From assembly GCA_009784815.1 (NCBI GenBank), contig WQXN01000001.1, forward strand, positions 65,857 through 129,856: DNA of 64,000 nucleotides. Direction: 5' to 3'. Each line of letters starts with the position of its first letter. Position 1 is the stretch's first letter. The stretch comes from Alphaproteobacteria bacterium. Its GTDB lineage: Bacteria > Pseudomonadota > Alphaproteobacteria > Rs-D84. A program made the translations under genes and the position numbers. Below the pieces are notes generated by a model that worked only from the letters and a program-made list of their open reading frames with translations, was not told where the DNA came from and searched no databases. Below, one piece after another: positions 36,147 through 44,440 of this stretch.

Positions 36147-37196
36147 ATGAAAAAGACTTTTCAGAAATTTTTAGAGTTCGCGTTTCTGCAGACTGTAGGG
36201 GTCATGGGATTTTCCGCCTATGTCAATTTGGCCTTCGGGTTTAATGTCTTCTCGATTTCACATTGGAAATTTTTTGCCGATATGCAGCTGGACGGGGGAA
36301 AAATATCAACGGCCTTTTACGCGGCGATTTTGTGTTTTGTCTTATATTCCGTTCTTGTCGTATGGTTTGTTCTGGTGCGGCCCCGCCGCAGGATATTTAG
36401 AAATAACAAAGTCGCTTTGATCCCGCCGTCCGGGCCGGGAGGATCGTCCGCCGAAGAAACGGTCGGCCTCGTGCCCTTGGGATTGACGCGTCCAAAAAGA
36501 ATGTCGCCAAGTTTTAATTCCGTCGCGCGGCCCGTTGAAACTACGCCGGCCTATCCGGTTTATACCGAACCGCCCGCAATATCAGCGCCCGTGCCTTCTG
36601 TTTCGGTTCCGCAGGTGGCGCCTTCTACTGTGGCGCCCGCACCGAAAGCGCCCAAGCAAAAGGAAGTCGAAATCGAATCTTCTTCAAAGCCCGATGTCTT
36701 AAGGATTATGGAATCCGCCGGATTCGGGGTCGCAAAAAACGCTCCTTTGATAAATGACGTGGCTTTGGATGTCTGGGCGACCAACGGAGATGAATTATAT
36801 ATAGGCCTGGTTTGCGGAGCTCATGGCAGGATCACGGCCAAAGAAGGCGGATCGTCAGTATGGTCTTCCGATATAGACGGAGAATTCAAATCTCCCGTTT
36901 CCGGAATCTATTCCGCGGCCGAATCAATTCGCAAGCTTATTTCGGAAACCCTTGACGAAGGGACCATAGTAAAAGTCACCGCCTTTGTGGTTATGGCGGA
37001 CGGCAATATAGAAAACTATGACAAGCTGTCCGGGATATTCGAAGCCTTCGGAGTCAGCGTATTCGGCCATGGCGTTCCCGAATTCGAAGCTTGGGCAAGA
37101 AAAATCGAGATGCTGCCCAAGAATGAATCATTTATCGAATACATGGACGCTATTGTGTCGTACTATGCGGTTGATGCCGAGGAAGGTGCGTCATGA
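36147..37196 (+). CDS. Membrane-anchored protein with a Pro-rich linker and a NERD-like C-terminal domain lacking the E-x-K signature
   Basis: Two N-terminal TM helices and a P/A/S/V-rich linker. The C-terminus DVALDVWATNGDELYIGLVCGAHGRITAKEGGSSVWSS...FKSPVSGIYSAAESIRKLI resembles the NERD layout, but reads GLV where NERD has ETK. Confidence 0.6.
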   Translation: MKKTFQKFLEFAFLQTVGVMGFSAYVNLAFGFNVFSISHWKFFADMQLDGGKISTAFYAAILCFVLYSVLVVWFVLVRPRRRIFRNNKVALIPPSGPGGSSAEETVGLVPLGLTRPKRMSPSFNSVARPVETTPAYPVYTEPPAISAPVPSVSVPQVAPSTVAPAPKAPKQKEVEIESSSKPDVLRIMESAGFGVAKNAPLINDVALDVWATNGDELYIGLVCGAHGRITAKEGGSSVWSSDIDGEFKSPVSGIYSAAESIRKLISETLDEGTIVKVTAFVVMADGNIENYDKLSGIFEAFGVSVFGHGVPEFEAWARKIEMLPKNESFIEYMDAIVSYYAVDAEEGAS

Positions 37197-37711
37197 TCCT
37201 ATTATTGAAAGACGCCGAACGGAGACAGGGCGATCTTGGCCTTGACGATCTGCCGCTGGTCGAGGTTGCGGCGGCTGTAAGGCCTTTGCCCAAGGGCTGG
37301 TTCGAAGAATTCAGACGCGAGCGCCGACGGCTTTTGACCGAGCTGGTAAGAAAAGACAAGGAAGAGCTTATGATGATGGGGCTTCCGATTGACGACATAG
37401 TCGCAATGCTGGGCGGCAAGAAAATTCCCGCAGGAGTTTCCGTAAAGTTCCGCGTGCCCCCAATTTACGGCGGCGATATTTCCGCCGAAAATATGTTTAT
37501 CTGCCGCGCGGCTTCCGAAGGCCGGGCGATAGATATATTTATAGCAGGGCAGGCAGGGGCGGAAAACTTTTTCGCGCCAAATCCGTCTAAAAGCGTTTAT
37601 GTCACTTCCATGAAATCCATGAATTCGCCCGGAGGAAATTCGACTTCCGACCGCATGTCGGATGTTTTGGCAACCGATGTGATGGGCTTGATCGGCGGAG
37701 GGAGGGCCTGA
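37193..37711 (+). CDS. Hypothetical protein with an HNH-like core lacking the catalytic His residues
   Basis: VKFRVPPIYGGDISAENMFICRAASEG aligns by eye to HNH xHHIxPxxxGGxxxxxNLxxLCxxCH, with FR in place of HH. ATGA overlap with the upstream gene. Confidence 0.55.
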   Translation: MILLLKDAERRQGDLGLDDLPLVEVAAAVRPLPKGWFEEFRRERRRLLTELVRKDKEELMMMGLPIDDIVAMLGGKKIPAGVSVKFRVPPIYGGDISAENMFICRAASEGRAIDIFIAGQAGAENFFAPNPSKSVYVTSMKSMNSPGGNSTSDRMSDVLATDVMGLIGGGRA

Positions 37712-37712
37712 T

Positions 37713-38141
37713 ATGAATTTCGATGAATTAAAATCCGAACTTGTAAAATACGGCGCCAAGGCCGCCCGCCCGGCCCCCGATGAATTGGTGCGAACTCAGG
37801 CCGCTTTGCAGGGTATGGGGAAACTTATGATGCCGGCCGGTCTTGTAGAATTTTTTCAAAACTTCGGCGCTGTGGTTCTTGGGGACGCCGAAATATTCGC
37901 CCCCATGCCGGCGGCTATAGGCAAGATGAGGACTCGCACCATAATCGAAGTCAACGGCGATATGTCGGCATCCACGCCGATCGGCGGCAAAACCGTGTTC
38001 GGAAGGAATCAGCTTTTTTGGCTTGTCGTGGGCGACGACTTTAAATTCCATCTTCTTGATCTTTACACGATGCGCCCCGCCAAGGCTTACGACGACGTTA
38101 ATCTTGCGGTAAGGGATTGTCTTCTTGTAGGGGCCTTATGA
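37713..38141 (+). CDS. Hypothetical protein, SUKH/SMI1-KNR4-like (weak)
   Basis: N-terminal ...APDELVRTQAALQGMGKLMMPAGLVEFFQNFGAVVLGDAEIF resembles the SUKH 'lP.dy..Fl...nG' opening. Starts 1 nt after the upstream stop. Confidence 0.5.
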   Translation: MNFDELKSELVKYGAKAARPAPDELVRTQAALQGMGKLMMPAGLVEFFQNFGAVVLGDAEIFAPMPAAIGKMRTRTIIEVNGDMSASTPIGGKTVFGRNQLFWLVVGDDFKFHLLDLYTMRPAKAYDDVNLAVRDCLLVGAL

Positions 38142-38341
38142 TCAAGCGTTCCGTTTCCATAAAAGGACATCCTACTTCCCTGGCCTTGGAGCCCGAATTT
38201 TGGGAAGCCTTGAAGGTCGCCGCGTCGCGACGTAAAATTTCCGTCCCGGCCTTGATCGGGCGAATAGACGAGGCGAGGGGGGCTTCTAATCTTTCTTCGG
38301 CCTTGCGCGTATTCTTATTAAACGAAGCGCAAGCGCAATAA
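38138..38341 (+). CDS. Ribbon-helix-helix protein (RHH_4-like)
   Basis: MIKRSVSIKGHPTSLALEPEFWEALKVAASRRKISVPALIGRIDEARGASNLSSALRVFLL matches the alphaproteobacterial RHH_4 pattern. ATGA overlap with the upstream gene. Confidence 0.75.
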   Translation: MIKRSVSIKGHPTSLALEPEFWEALKVAASRRKISVPALIGRIDEARGASNLSSALRVFLLNEAQAQ

Positions 38342-40079
38342 TCAGAATATTTATAATTGCTCTGTTGGGCGTTGGTACTCCGGTCGCCATCTTGAACGGT
38401 ATCTTTGTATCTATAATTCCTCGTACGCCCAGGTCAAGCTTGTGCGTGACGCGTCCAAGCGGATCTATGATCGCTGATATTCCCGAATAGCTTGCGCGGA
38501 TTACTGGCAGGCCCGACTCGATCGCGCGTAGCCGCGCCATCATCAAATGCTGGTGAGGGCCGATCGAATCTCCGAACCAGCCGTCGTTCGTTATGTTGAT
38601 TATGAATTGCGCTGATGCCGCGCCGGCGGTGTCCGGGAATATGATTTCATAGCATATCGACGGGGCGAATTTAACCCCCGCGATTTTCATCGCGCCTTGG
38701 TCGCGCCGCCCGAATCCGAATTCGCCCGGGACGGGCACAAGCTTTCCAAAAGGACTGAATTCGCCGAACGGAACCAGATGTCGTTTGTCATAAAGTTGGG
38801 TGATTTCTCCGCCTTGGAATACGAACATGCTGTTGAAGAATATGCCGGCTTCACGGCGCAGTCCTCCGAAGACCAAAGGCGCGGGCAGATCGATCGAAAA
38901 ATCCGGCGTGACCAAATACGGATACGCGCTTTCCGGCCATACTATAAAATCGAATTCGCCGGGCCTGTTCGACAGTTCCATAACTATTTCAAAATTGTTT
39001 TGGGCCTGCCTGCGGTCGGATTTATATGCCTGCGGTATGGCGGGTTGAACTATGCGGACGGTCGGGTTCAAATCCAGATTATTGTGGTAATTGGCGACCC
39101 GCCATGTAGAAGCGACTCCTGTCGCGATAAGCGCCGCCGAAAAGAATAGTATGGGGATTAGCTTTTTCGATAATATGGCGGCACAAATCCCGGCGATTAA
39201 AAAGCTTGTCGTTATAATTCCTATGACGCCTGCCATATTCGAAATTACCGGCGTTTCGATGAAAATGCCGGCCAAAGGGTTCCATGGAAAACCGGTCAAA
39301 AACCAACCGCGCAGCCATAAAACAAAGGCCCATGCGGCCGCGAAATAGAACGGCCTTCTCCAGGTATTGTCCCGGGTCAAACCGGTAAGCCAAAAGGGCA
39401 GGCCGAACAATAATCCTCCGCCTGCGGCGATTCCGATCAATGCGAACGGTGCCAGGTATCCGAAAGTTTGCGCCGCCGTAGGGTCCACAAAAAACGAGTT
39501 CACCATCCATGACAGGCCAAGTATCGCATAGCCGGCTCCGAACCAAAAGCCGTCCTTATAGCCGCGTGCGAATCTGTATGCCAGGCCCAGGGCGGCGATA
39601 GTTGCCGGCCATAGATAATAGGGAGCGAAGCCGAAACTTGCCGCCGCGCCCAAGGCAAAGAACATCAATCCACGCCATTTTTCCCGTCTAATTTTTAACA
39701 GGATCTTGGCTTCGGTCGCTTCCATTTTTTTTGCGTCCGCGTCTTTGATATGGTCCATTCCTGCAAGGTGTAGCGCTCCGTGAATCAGCATACGGGCGGC
39801 GTGTGTTTTGAATGTTCGGGACGAAGACTCGGCCAGGATAGTGTCGTAAGATAAAACTATGTCGCCCATTATTTCAGGATCCCCGGTTTCAAATGACAGG
39901 ACATTCGTAGGTTTGTCTTTGCCGCGCCATTGTTTGTTCAACTTTTGCATACCGGCGTCGTTGGTCAGAAGAACCGATACTTCCGCGTCCTTGTCGCCCA
40001 GCGCGGCGGTTATTATCTTTTTGTAATTCAGTTTTATCTTCTTCCAACGGTCATCTTGGATTGTTATCAGAACCTTCAT
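38286..40079 (-). CDS. In-frame fusion of endoribonuclease YbeY (N-terminal) and apolipoprotein N-acyltransferase Lnt (C-terminal)
   Basis: Residues 1 to about 140 are YbeY-like (NVLSFE..., HGALHLAGMDH). The rest is multi-TM plus a CN-hydrolase domain with the E/K/C triad contexts WPESAYPY, YDKRHLVPFGEF and PSICYEIIF. Confidence 0.8.
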   Translation of the reverse strand: MKVLITIQDDRWKKIKLNYKKIITAALGDKDAEVSVLLTNDAGMQKLNKQWRGKDKPTNVLSFETGDPEIMGDIVLSYDTILAESSSRTFKTHAARMLIHGALHLAGMDHIKDADAKKMEATEAKILLKIRREKWRGLMFFALGAAASFGFAPYYLWPATIAALGLAYRFARGYKDGFWFGAGYAILGLSWMVNSFFVDPTAAQTFGYLAPFALIGIAAGGGLLFGLPFWLTGLTRDNTWRRPFYFAAAWAFVLWLRGWFLTGFPWNPLAGIFIETPVISNMAGVIGIITTSFLIAGICAAILSKKLIPILFFSAALIATGVASTWRVANYHNNLDLNPTVRIVQPAIPQAYKSDRRQAQNNFEIVMELSNRPGEFDFIVWPESAYPYLVTPDFSIDLPAPLVFGGLRREAGIFFNSMFVFQGGEITQLYDKRHLVPFGEFSPFGKLVPVPGEFGFGRRDQGAMKIAGVKFAPSICYEIIFPDTAGAASAQFIINITNDGWFGDSIGPHQHLMMARLRAIESGLPVIRASYSGISAIIDPLGRVTHKLDLGVRGIIDTKIPFKMATGVPTPNRAIINILIIALALRLIRIRARPKKD

Positions 40080-41341
40080 TTTATGACTCCTCTGAGCGAA
40101 CTTTTGTTGCCGCTTGTGATTTCTATATCAACTATTTTTCCCATAAGGTGCTCCGCGTCGTCCAGTACTACTTGCTGCATATACGGAGTGCGCGCTATGG
40201 CCTGGCCTTGTTTTTTTCCGGCCTCGTCTATCAGGCATGCAAGGGTCTTCCCGATTGCGTTCAGGTTGAATGCGCGGGTGTTCTCGTTAAGCAAGTCGTC
40301 CAGTTCTCGCAGGCGCTGCCGTTTTACGTTCTCGGGAATTTGGTTTGGCATTTTGGCGGCCGCTGTATAAGGGCGCGGCGAATATTTGTAAGTATAGGAA
40401 TTTACAAAACCTATCCTCTGCGCTATATCCAAAGTCTGTTCGAAATCGCGGTCGGTCTCGCCTGGAAATCCTACTATAAAATCGCTTAGGATCTGTATGT
40501 CGGGGCGGACGGATCGAAACTTTTCTATTATGCTTATATACTGATCCAGGTCGTAAGGGCGGTTCATGCGGCGCAAAATTTCTGGCGATCCGGACTGAAG
40601 CGGCATATTGATTACCGGAAGAAGTTTGGGTTCCATACCGTGAAGCGCGATTATATCGTCGGTCATTTCGGTGGGATAACTGGACATGTATCTTATGCGT
40701 TTAACCGCTTCTATTTTTGCGGTTGCCTTTATAATATCGGCTAGGCTGGGTCTATAGCCGTTGACATTCTGTCCTAGAAAACATATTTCGACCGCGCCGT
40801 TAGAAGCTGCGGCCGTAACTTCCGCCATGACTGATTCCGGTGCGCGCGACACTTCGCGGCCGCGGGTATGCGGCACTATGCAATAAGTGCAGACATGGTC
40901 GCAGCCTTCCTGCACCGGTACATATGCGGTCGCGGTGTGTCTTGTATTGGCGGGCAGGGCGTCGAACTTTTCAAGCCCGGATAGGTCTATGTTCATATAT
41001 TTGGACTGTTCCAATACTTCGGGAAGTTTATGGTAAGACTGCGGGCCCAGCACGAAGTTTAAGTCCCGGCATCGTTTGAATGCGTTGGCTCCCTCTTCGC
41101 GGGCCACGCATCCGACTATGCCAAGCAGCGCGTCCGGTTTTTTCGCCTTGGAAATACGCCCCAGCATCGAGAAAATTTTTTCCGACGCCTTTTCACGTAC
41201 TGCGCAGGTGTTTAGAATTATCAGGTCGCTGTCCGGGATATCGTCGGTTTGTATCCATCCGGTTTTTAACAAAAGACTTGCGATTCGCTGTCCGTCATAG
41301 ACATTCATTTGGCAGCCTAAAGTCTTTATGTAAAACTTCAT
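40076..41341 (-). CDS. miaB: tRNA-i6A37 methylthiotransferase MiaB
   Basis: FYIKTLGCQMNVYD, radical-SAM motif EGCDHVCTYCIVP, C-terminal TRAM domain. Start at the ATG at 41341 (ATGA overlap with the gatB stop). Confidence 0.9.
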   Translation of the reverse strand: MKFYIKTLGCQMNVYDGQRIASLLLKTGWIQTDDIPDSDLIILNTCAVREKASEKIFSMLGRISKAKKPDALLGIVGCVAREEGANAFKRCRDLNFVLGPQSYHKLPEVLEQSKYMNIDLSGLEKFDALPANTRHTATAYVPVQEGCDHVCTYCIVPHTRGREVSRAPESVMAEVTAAASNGAVEICFLGQNVNGYRPSLADIIKATAKIEAVKRIRYMSSYPTEMTDDIIALHGMEPKLLPVINMPLQSGSPEILRRMNRPYDLDQYISIIEKFRSVRPDIQILSDFIVGFPGETDRDFEQTLDIAQRIGFVNSYTYKYSPRPYTAAAKMPNQIPENVKRQRLRELDDLLNENTRAFNLNAIGKTLACLIDEAGKKQGQAIARTPYMQQVVLDDAEHLMGKIVDIEITSGNKSSLRGVIK

Positions 41342-42753
41342 GCAAGTTTTTTCGCCATAGTCTGATTGACTATTCCGGGGTTGGTGCGTCCGCCTGACTG
41401 TTTCATCACCTGGCCTACCAGCCATCCGATCACTCCGGTCTTGCCGGCCTTGTACTGGGCTACTTGATCCGGGTTTGCGGCTATGACTTCGTCTATTATC
41501 GCTTCGATCGCGCCCATATCGGTAGTTTGTTTAAGGTTATGCTTTTCGACTATTTCCAAGGGGGTTCCTTCGCCTGCAAGCATTCTTGCGAACACATCCT
41601 TTGCGATCTTTCCGTTTATCGTATTGTCCGCGATCATATCGACCAATTCGCCAAGATCGGCTGGCTTGATATTATGATCGGGATGCGCGAATAATTCTGA
41701 AATCATCCAATTAGCGACAGGTTTCGTGCGGCTGGATTTTCCAGCTACGGCCTCTTCGAACCAGTTCGATATTTCCGGCTTTTCGATCAATAATGCCGAG
41801 TCGGATTCCCTAAGACCGTATTCTTTTATAAACCTGGCTTTACGGGCCGAGGGCAGTTCGGGCAGGCTGGCGCGGATCGCTTGGATCTGTTCGTCGGTCA
41901 CTATCAAAGGCAACAAGTCCGGGTCCGGAAATAGCGGCGCGGATTCTTTGGGGCGAAGGGATGATGTCTCTCCGGTGGCGGATGAATAACGGCGGGTTTC
42001 CTGTATAACCTCCTCGCCGGATTCGTACGCTTTGATCTGGCGCCGGGCTTCATATTCTATTGCGGCTTGGATGAATTTAAAGCTTGTCATGTTCTTGATC
42101 TCGCACCGGGTGCCAAAGCTGGAAGATCCGATTTTCCGCACCGACACGTTTATGTCGGCGCGCATGCTTCCTTCTTCCATATTGCCGTTCGAAGCCCCGA
42201 CCGTCCGGGCTATCGCCTGAAGTTCGCGTAGATAATTTGCGGCCTCGGCCGGAGACCTTATGTCGGGCTTGGACACTATTTCCATCAATTCGACCCCAAG
42301 CCGGTTCAGGTCTACGAATGACTTGATCGGGTTCTTGTCGTGAAGAAGTTTGCCGGCGTCCTGTTCGATATGTATCTGCTGTATGCCAACGCGTTTCATA
42401 TTGCCATGGTCGTCATGTATGTCCAAATAACCTTCGCCTACTAGGGGAATAGTTTGTGATATCTGGTATCCCGAAGGGTTGTCCGGGTAAAAATAAAGCT
42501 TTCGCGCGAATATGGATTCATTGTTTATTTTGGCGTTTATCCCAAGGCCCATCCTTATTGCTTGCTGGACGCAGAACCAGTTCGGAGTGGGTAATGTGCC
42601 CGGCAACGCCGCGTCGAAAAACGATACTTGCGAGTTCGGACGCGTGCCGGGTTTATAGTCCGCCGACGCCCCCGAAAATAATTTCGATTGTGATAATACT
42701 TCCATATGGGTTTCGATCCCGATCACCACTTCCCAGCCGTTTATTTCGTACAT
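41338..42753 (-). CDS. gatB: Asp/Glu-tRNA amidotransferase subunit B
   Basis: WEVVIGIETHMEV, NSQVSFFDAALPGTLP, C-terminal YqeY-like tail. 471 aa. Confidence 0.95.
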   Translation of the reverse strand: MYEINGWEVVIGIETHMEVLSQSKLFSGASADYKPGTRPNSQVSFFDAALPGTLPTPNWFCVQQAIRMGLGINAKINNESIFARKLYFYPDNPSGYQISQTIPLVGEGYLDIHDDHGNMKRVGIQQIHIEQDAGKLLHDKNPIKSFVDLNRLGVELMEIVSKPDIRSPAEAANYLRELQAIARTVGASNGNMEEGSMRADINVSVRKIGSSSFGTRCEIKNMTSFKFIQAAIEYEARRQIKAYESGEEVIQETRRYSSATGETSSLRPKESAPLFPDPDLLPLIVTDEQIQAIRASLPELPSARKARFIKEYGLRESDSALLIEKPEISNWFEEAVAGKSSRTKPVANWMISELFAHPDHNIKPADLGELVDMIADNTINGKIAKDVFARMLAGEGTPLEIVEKHNLKQTTDMGAIEAIIDEVIAANPDQVAQYKAGKTGVIGWLVGQVMKQSGGRTNPGIVNQTMAKKLA

Positions 42754-43691
42754 TATTTATTCTCCAATATTTTGCCCGCCAGCGATAGGCATCTTAAGTC
42801 GTCAAATCTTTTTCCCGCTATATGTATGTTTCCGATTGAAGTTACGGGATGGCCGATCAAATCGGGCAAGACTGATCCTAGGCGCTCGGTTATTATAAAA
42901 TCATATTTTAAAAGCAAGGAATCTAGCTTGTTCGTAAGTAATTGGCGCGCTTTCAATGCCTGATCAAGAAGAGCTTGGTCCGACATTATCGCCGCGCCTT
43001 TAATTATTAGTTCTTTTGTTTCTTTTGTGAACCCTTGGGCGCGGGTCTTATAAAACATATCCACCGCGTCTTTTGTTCCTTCCGCGCGGAATCCGTATCT
43101 TACTCCGTCGTATTTTGCCAGGTTCGAGAAGGCTTCTACCGCCTGTATGGCCCGGTGAATGCAGCCTCTTTGAATTATATCCGGTTCGTTTAACTCGTCT
43201 TTTGATATTTTGGCGCCGCTTAAAGAATCAAGTTTGTCAATTCCTATAAGGCCGATTTTAAGGCCGGTAGTATCAAGCGGCGCATCAATCAATTTTGTAT
43301 CTGCGCTGGTGGCGTCTTTTGGGTCAAATCCGGCGATAGTATTTAGAATTAGTTTTGCTTCATTGATATTTTTAGATGCTATGCAAGTGCCGTCCATCGA
43401 GCTGTTTCGCGATATAACCCCGAATCTTGACACCAATCCGTAGGTGGGCTTATGTTCTACGCAAGTTCTGTTTGTAATTTCATCAAGTGTTGCGGAAGAT
43501 ACGAGCGGCCCGCAAAATTCCTTGAACGGAGTAATTTTTTCAAATTTCGCCCCGGCTGCCGAAAGCTTTTCGTTGACGGTAGATTCGTACGGCGGTATAA
43601 AATTTTCAAGCATTCTGCTGCCGGCTGTGGTTTTTATTCCCTTTGTGCAGAACAGGTCGCTTATGAATAGGTTAAGGTCGCTTATGTTCAT
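42753..43691 (-). CDS. gatA: Degenerate GatA-like subunit lacking the amidase signature (312 aa)
   Basis: Retains TKGIKTTAGSRMLENFIPPYESTV and HKPTYGLVSRFGVISRNSSMD. The GGSSGGSAAAVA / GSDTGGSIRxPA block is absent, and the KDN lysine position reads S. Sits between gatC and gatB. Confidence 0.7.
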   Translation of the reverse strand: MNISDLNLFISDLFCTKGIKTTAGSRMLENFIPPYESTVNEKLSAAGAKFEKITPFKEFCGPLVSSATLDEITNRTCVEHKPTYGLVSRFGVISRNSSMDGTCIASKNINEAKLILNTIAGFDPKDATSADTKLIDAPLDTTGLKIGLIGIDKLDSLSGAKISKDELNEPDIIQRGCIHRAIQAVEAFSNLAKYDGVRYGFRAEGTKDAVDMFYKTRAQGFTKETKELIIKGAAIMSDQALLDQALKARQLLTNKLDSLLLKYDFIITERLGSVLPDLIGHPVTSIGNIHIAGKRFDDLRCLSLAGKILENK

Positions 43692-43982
43692 TTATTCTTC
43701 CTCGATCATTTTTGGTACTGCAAAATATGCGTTGTTTCCTACGTCCGGGGCATTCGACATAAGAGCTTCCAAGCAGTCGCCTTCGGTAACTGTATCTTCG
43801 CGAAAACGTTGAGGAATGACTGCCGGCGATATCATGGGCTTGACATTCGCGGTATCTATTTTGTTAATGCTTTTTGCTATCGCTTCTAAGTCGTCCATAT
43901 TTAGCTTCTCTAATTCTTCTTCGGTTAGGGCTATGCGCGACAGTTCCGCGAATTTTTTCAGACTTGCTTTTGAAAATGACAT
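43692..43982 (-). CDS. gatC: Asp/Glu-tRNA amidotransferase subunit C
   Basis: 96 aa. ...FAELSRIALTEEELEKL... and ...DTANVKPM... are typical GatC. Confidence 0.9.
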   Translation of the reverse strand: MSFSKASLKKFAELSRIALTEEELEKLNMDDLEAIAKSINKIDTANVKPMISPAVIPQRFREDTVTEGDCLEALMSNAPDVGNNAYFAVPKMIEEE

Positions 43983-44017
43983 GATTTATCCTTGTAAATA
44001 ATAAAGGAAATATAACA

Positions 44018-44440
44018 TTGATATTTTTGGATTTCAAGAAATTTATCGATATTTTGCCCCTGACGGGCCGCATTATGGCTATCGACTGGGGAAGCAAGCG
44101 CACCGGCGTCGCAGTCACGGATTCCGGTCGCGAATTTGTTTTTCCGCGCCCGGCGGTACTGCCGGGAGATATTGCGGTCGAAGACGATTTCATGGGCATT
44201 TTGATAGGTCTGCCGGCACCCGGAAAAACTGCGGATAGAATAATGGAATTTGCTGAAGGATTGACGGCCAGGACGGATATTCCGATACTTATGTATAACG
44301 AGGCTTTGACAAGCAGCGCCGCCGAAGGTCGTCTGCATGATGCGGGAATCAATTCAAAAAATCAGAAGGGCAGGCTGGATTCAGTGGCCGCGCTTGTTAT
44401 GTTGGAGGAATTTTTAGGGAGATTAAAAAATGAGCAATAA
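44018..44440 (+). CDS. ruvX: Holliday-junction resolvase-like / pre-16S rRNA nuclease RuvX (YqgF)
   Basis: AIDWGSKRTGVAVTD motif. TTG start assumed; the alternative ATG at 44075 gives a shorter product. Confidence 0.75.
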   Translation: MIFLDFKKFIDILPLTGRIMAIDWGSKRTGVAVTDSGREFVFPRPAVLPGDIAVEDDFMGILIGLPAPGKTADRIMEFAEGLTARTDIPILMYNEALTSSAAEGRLHDAGINSKNQKGRLDSVAALVMLEEFLGRLKNEQ

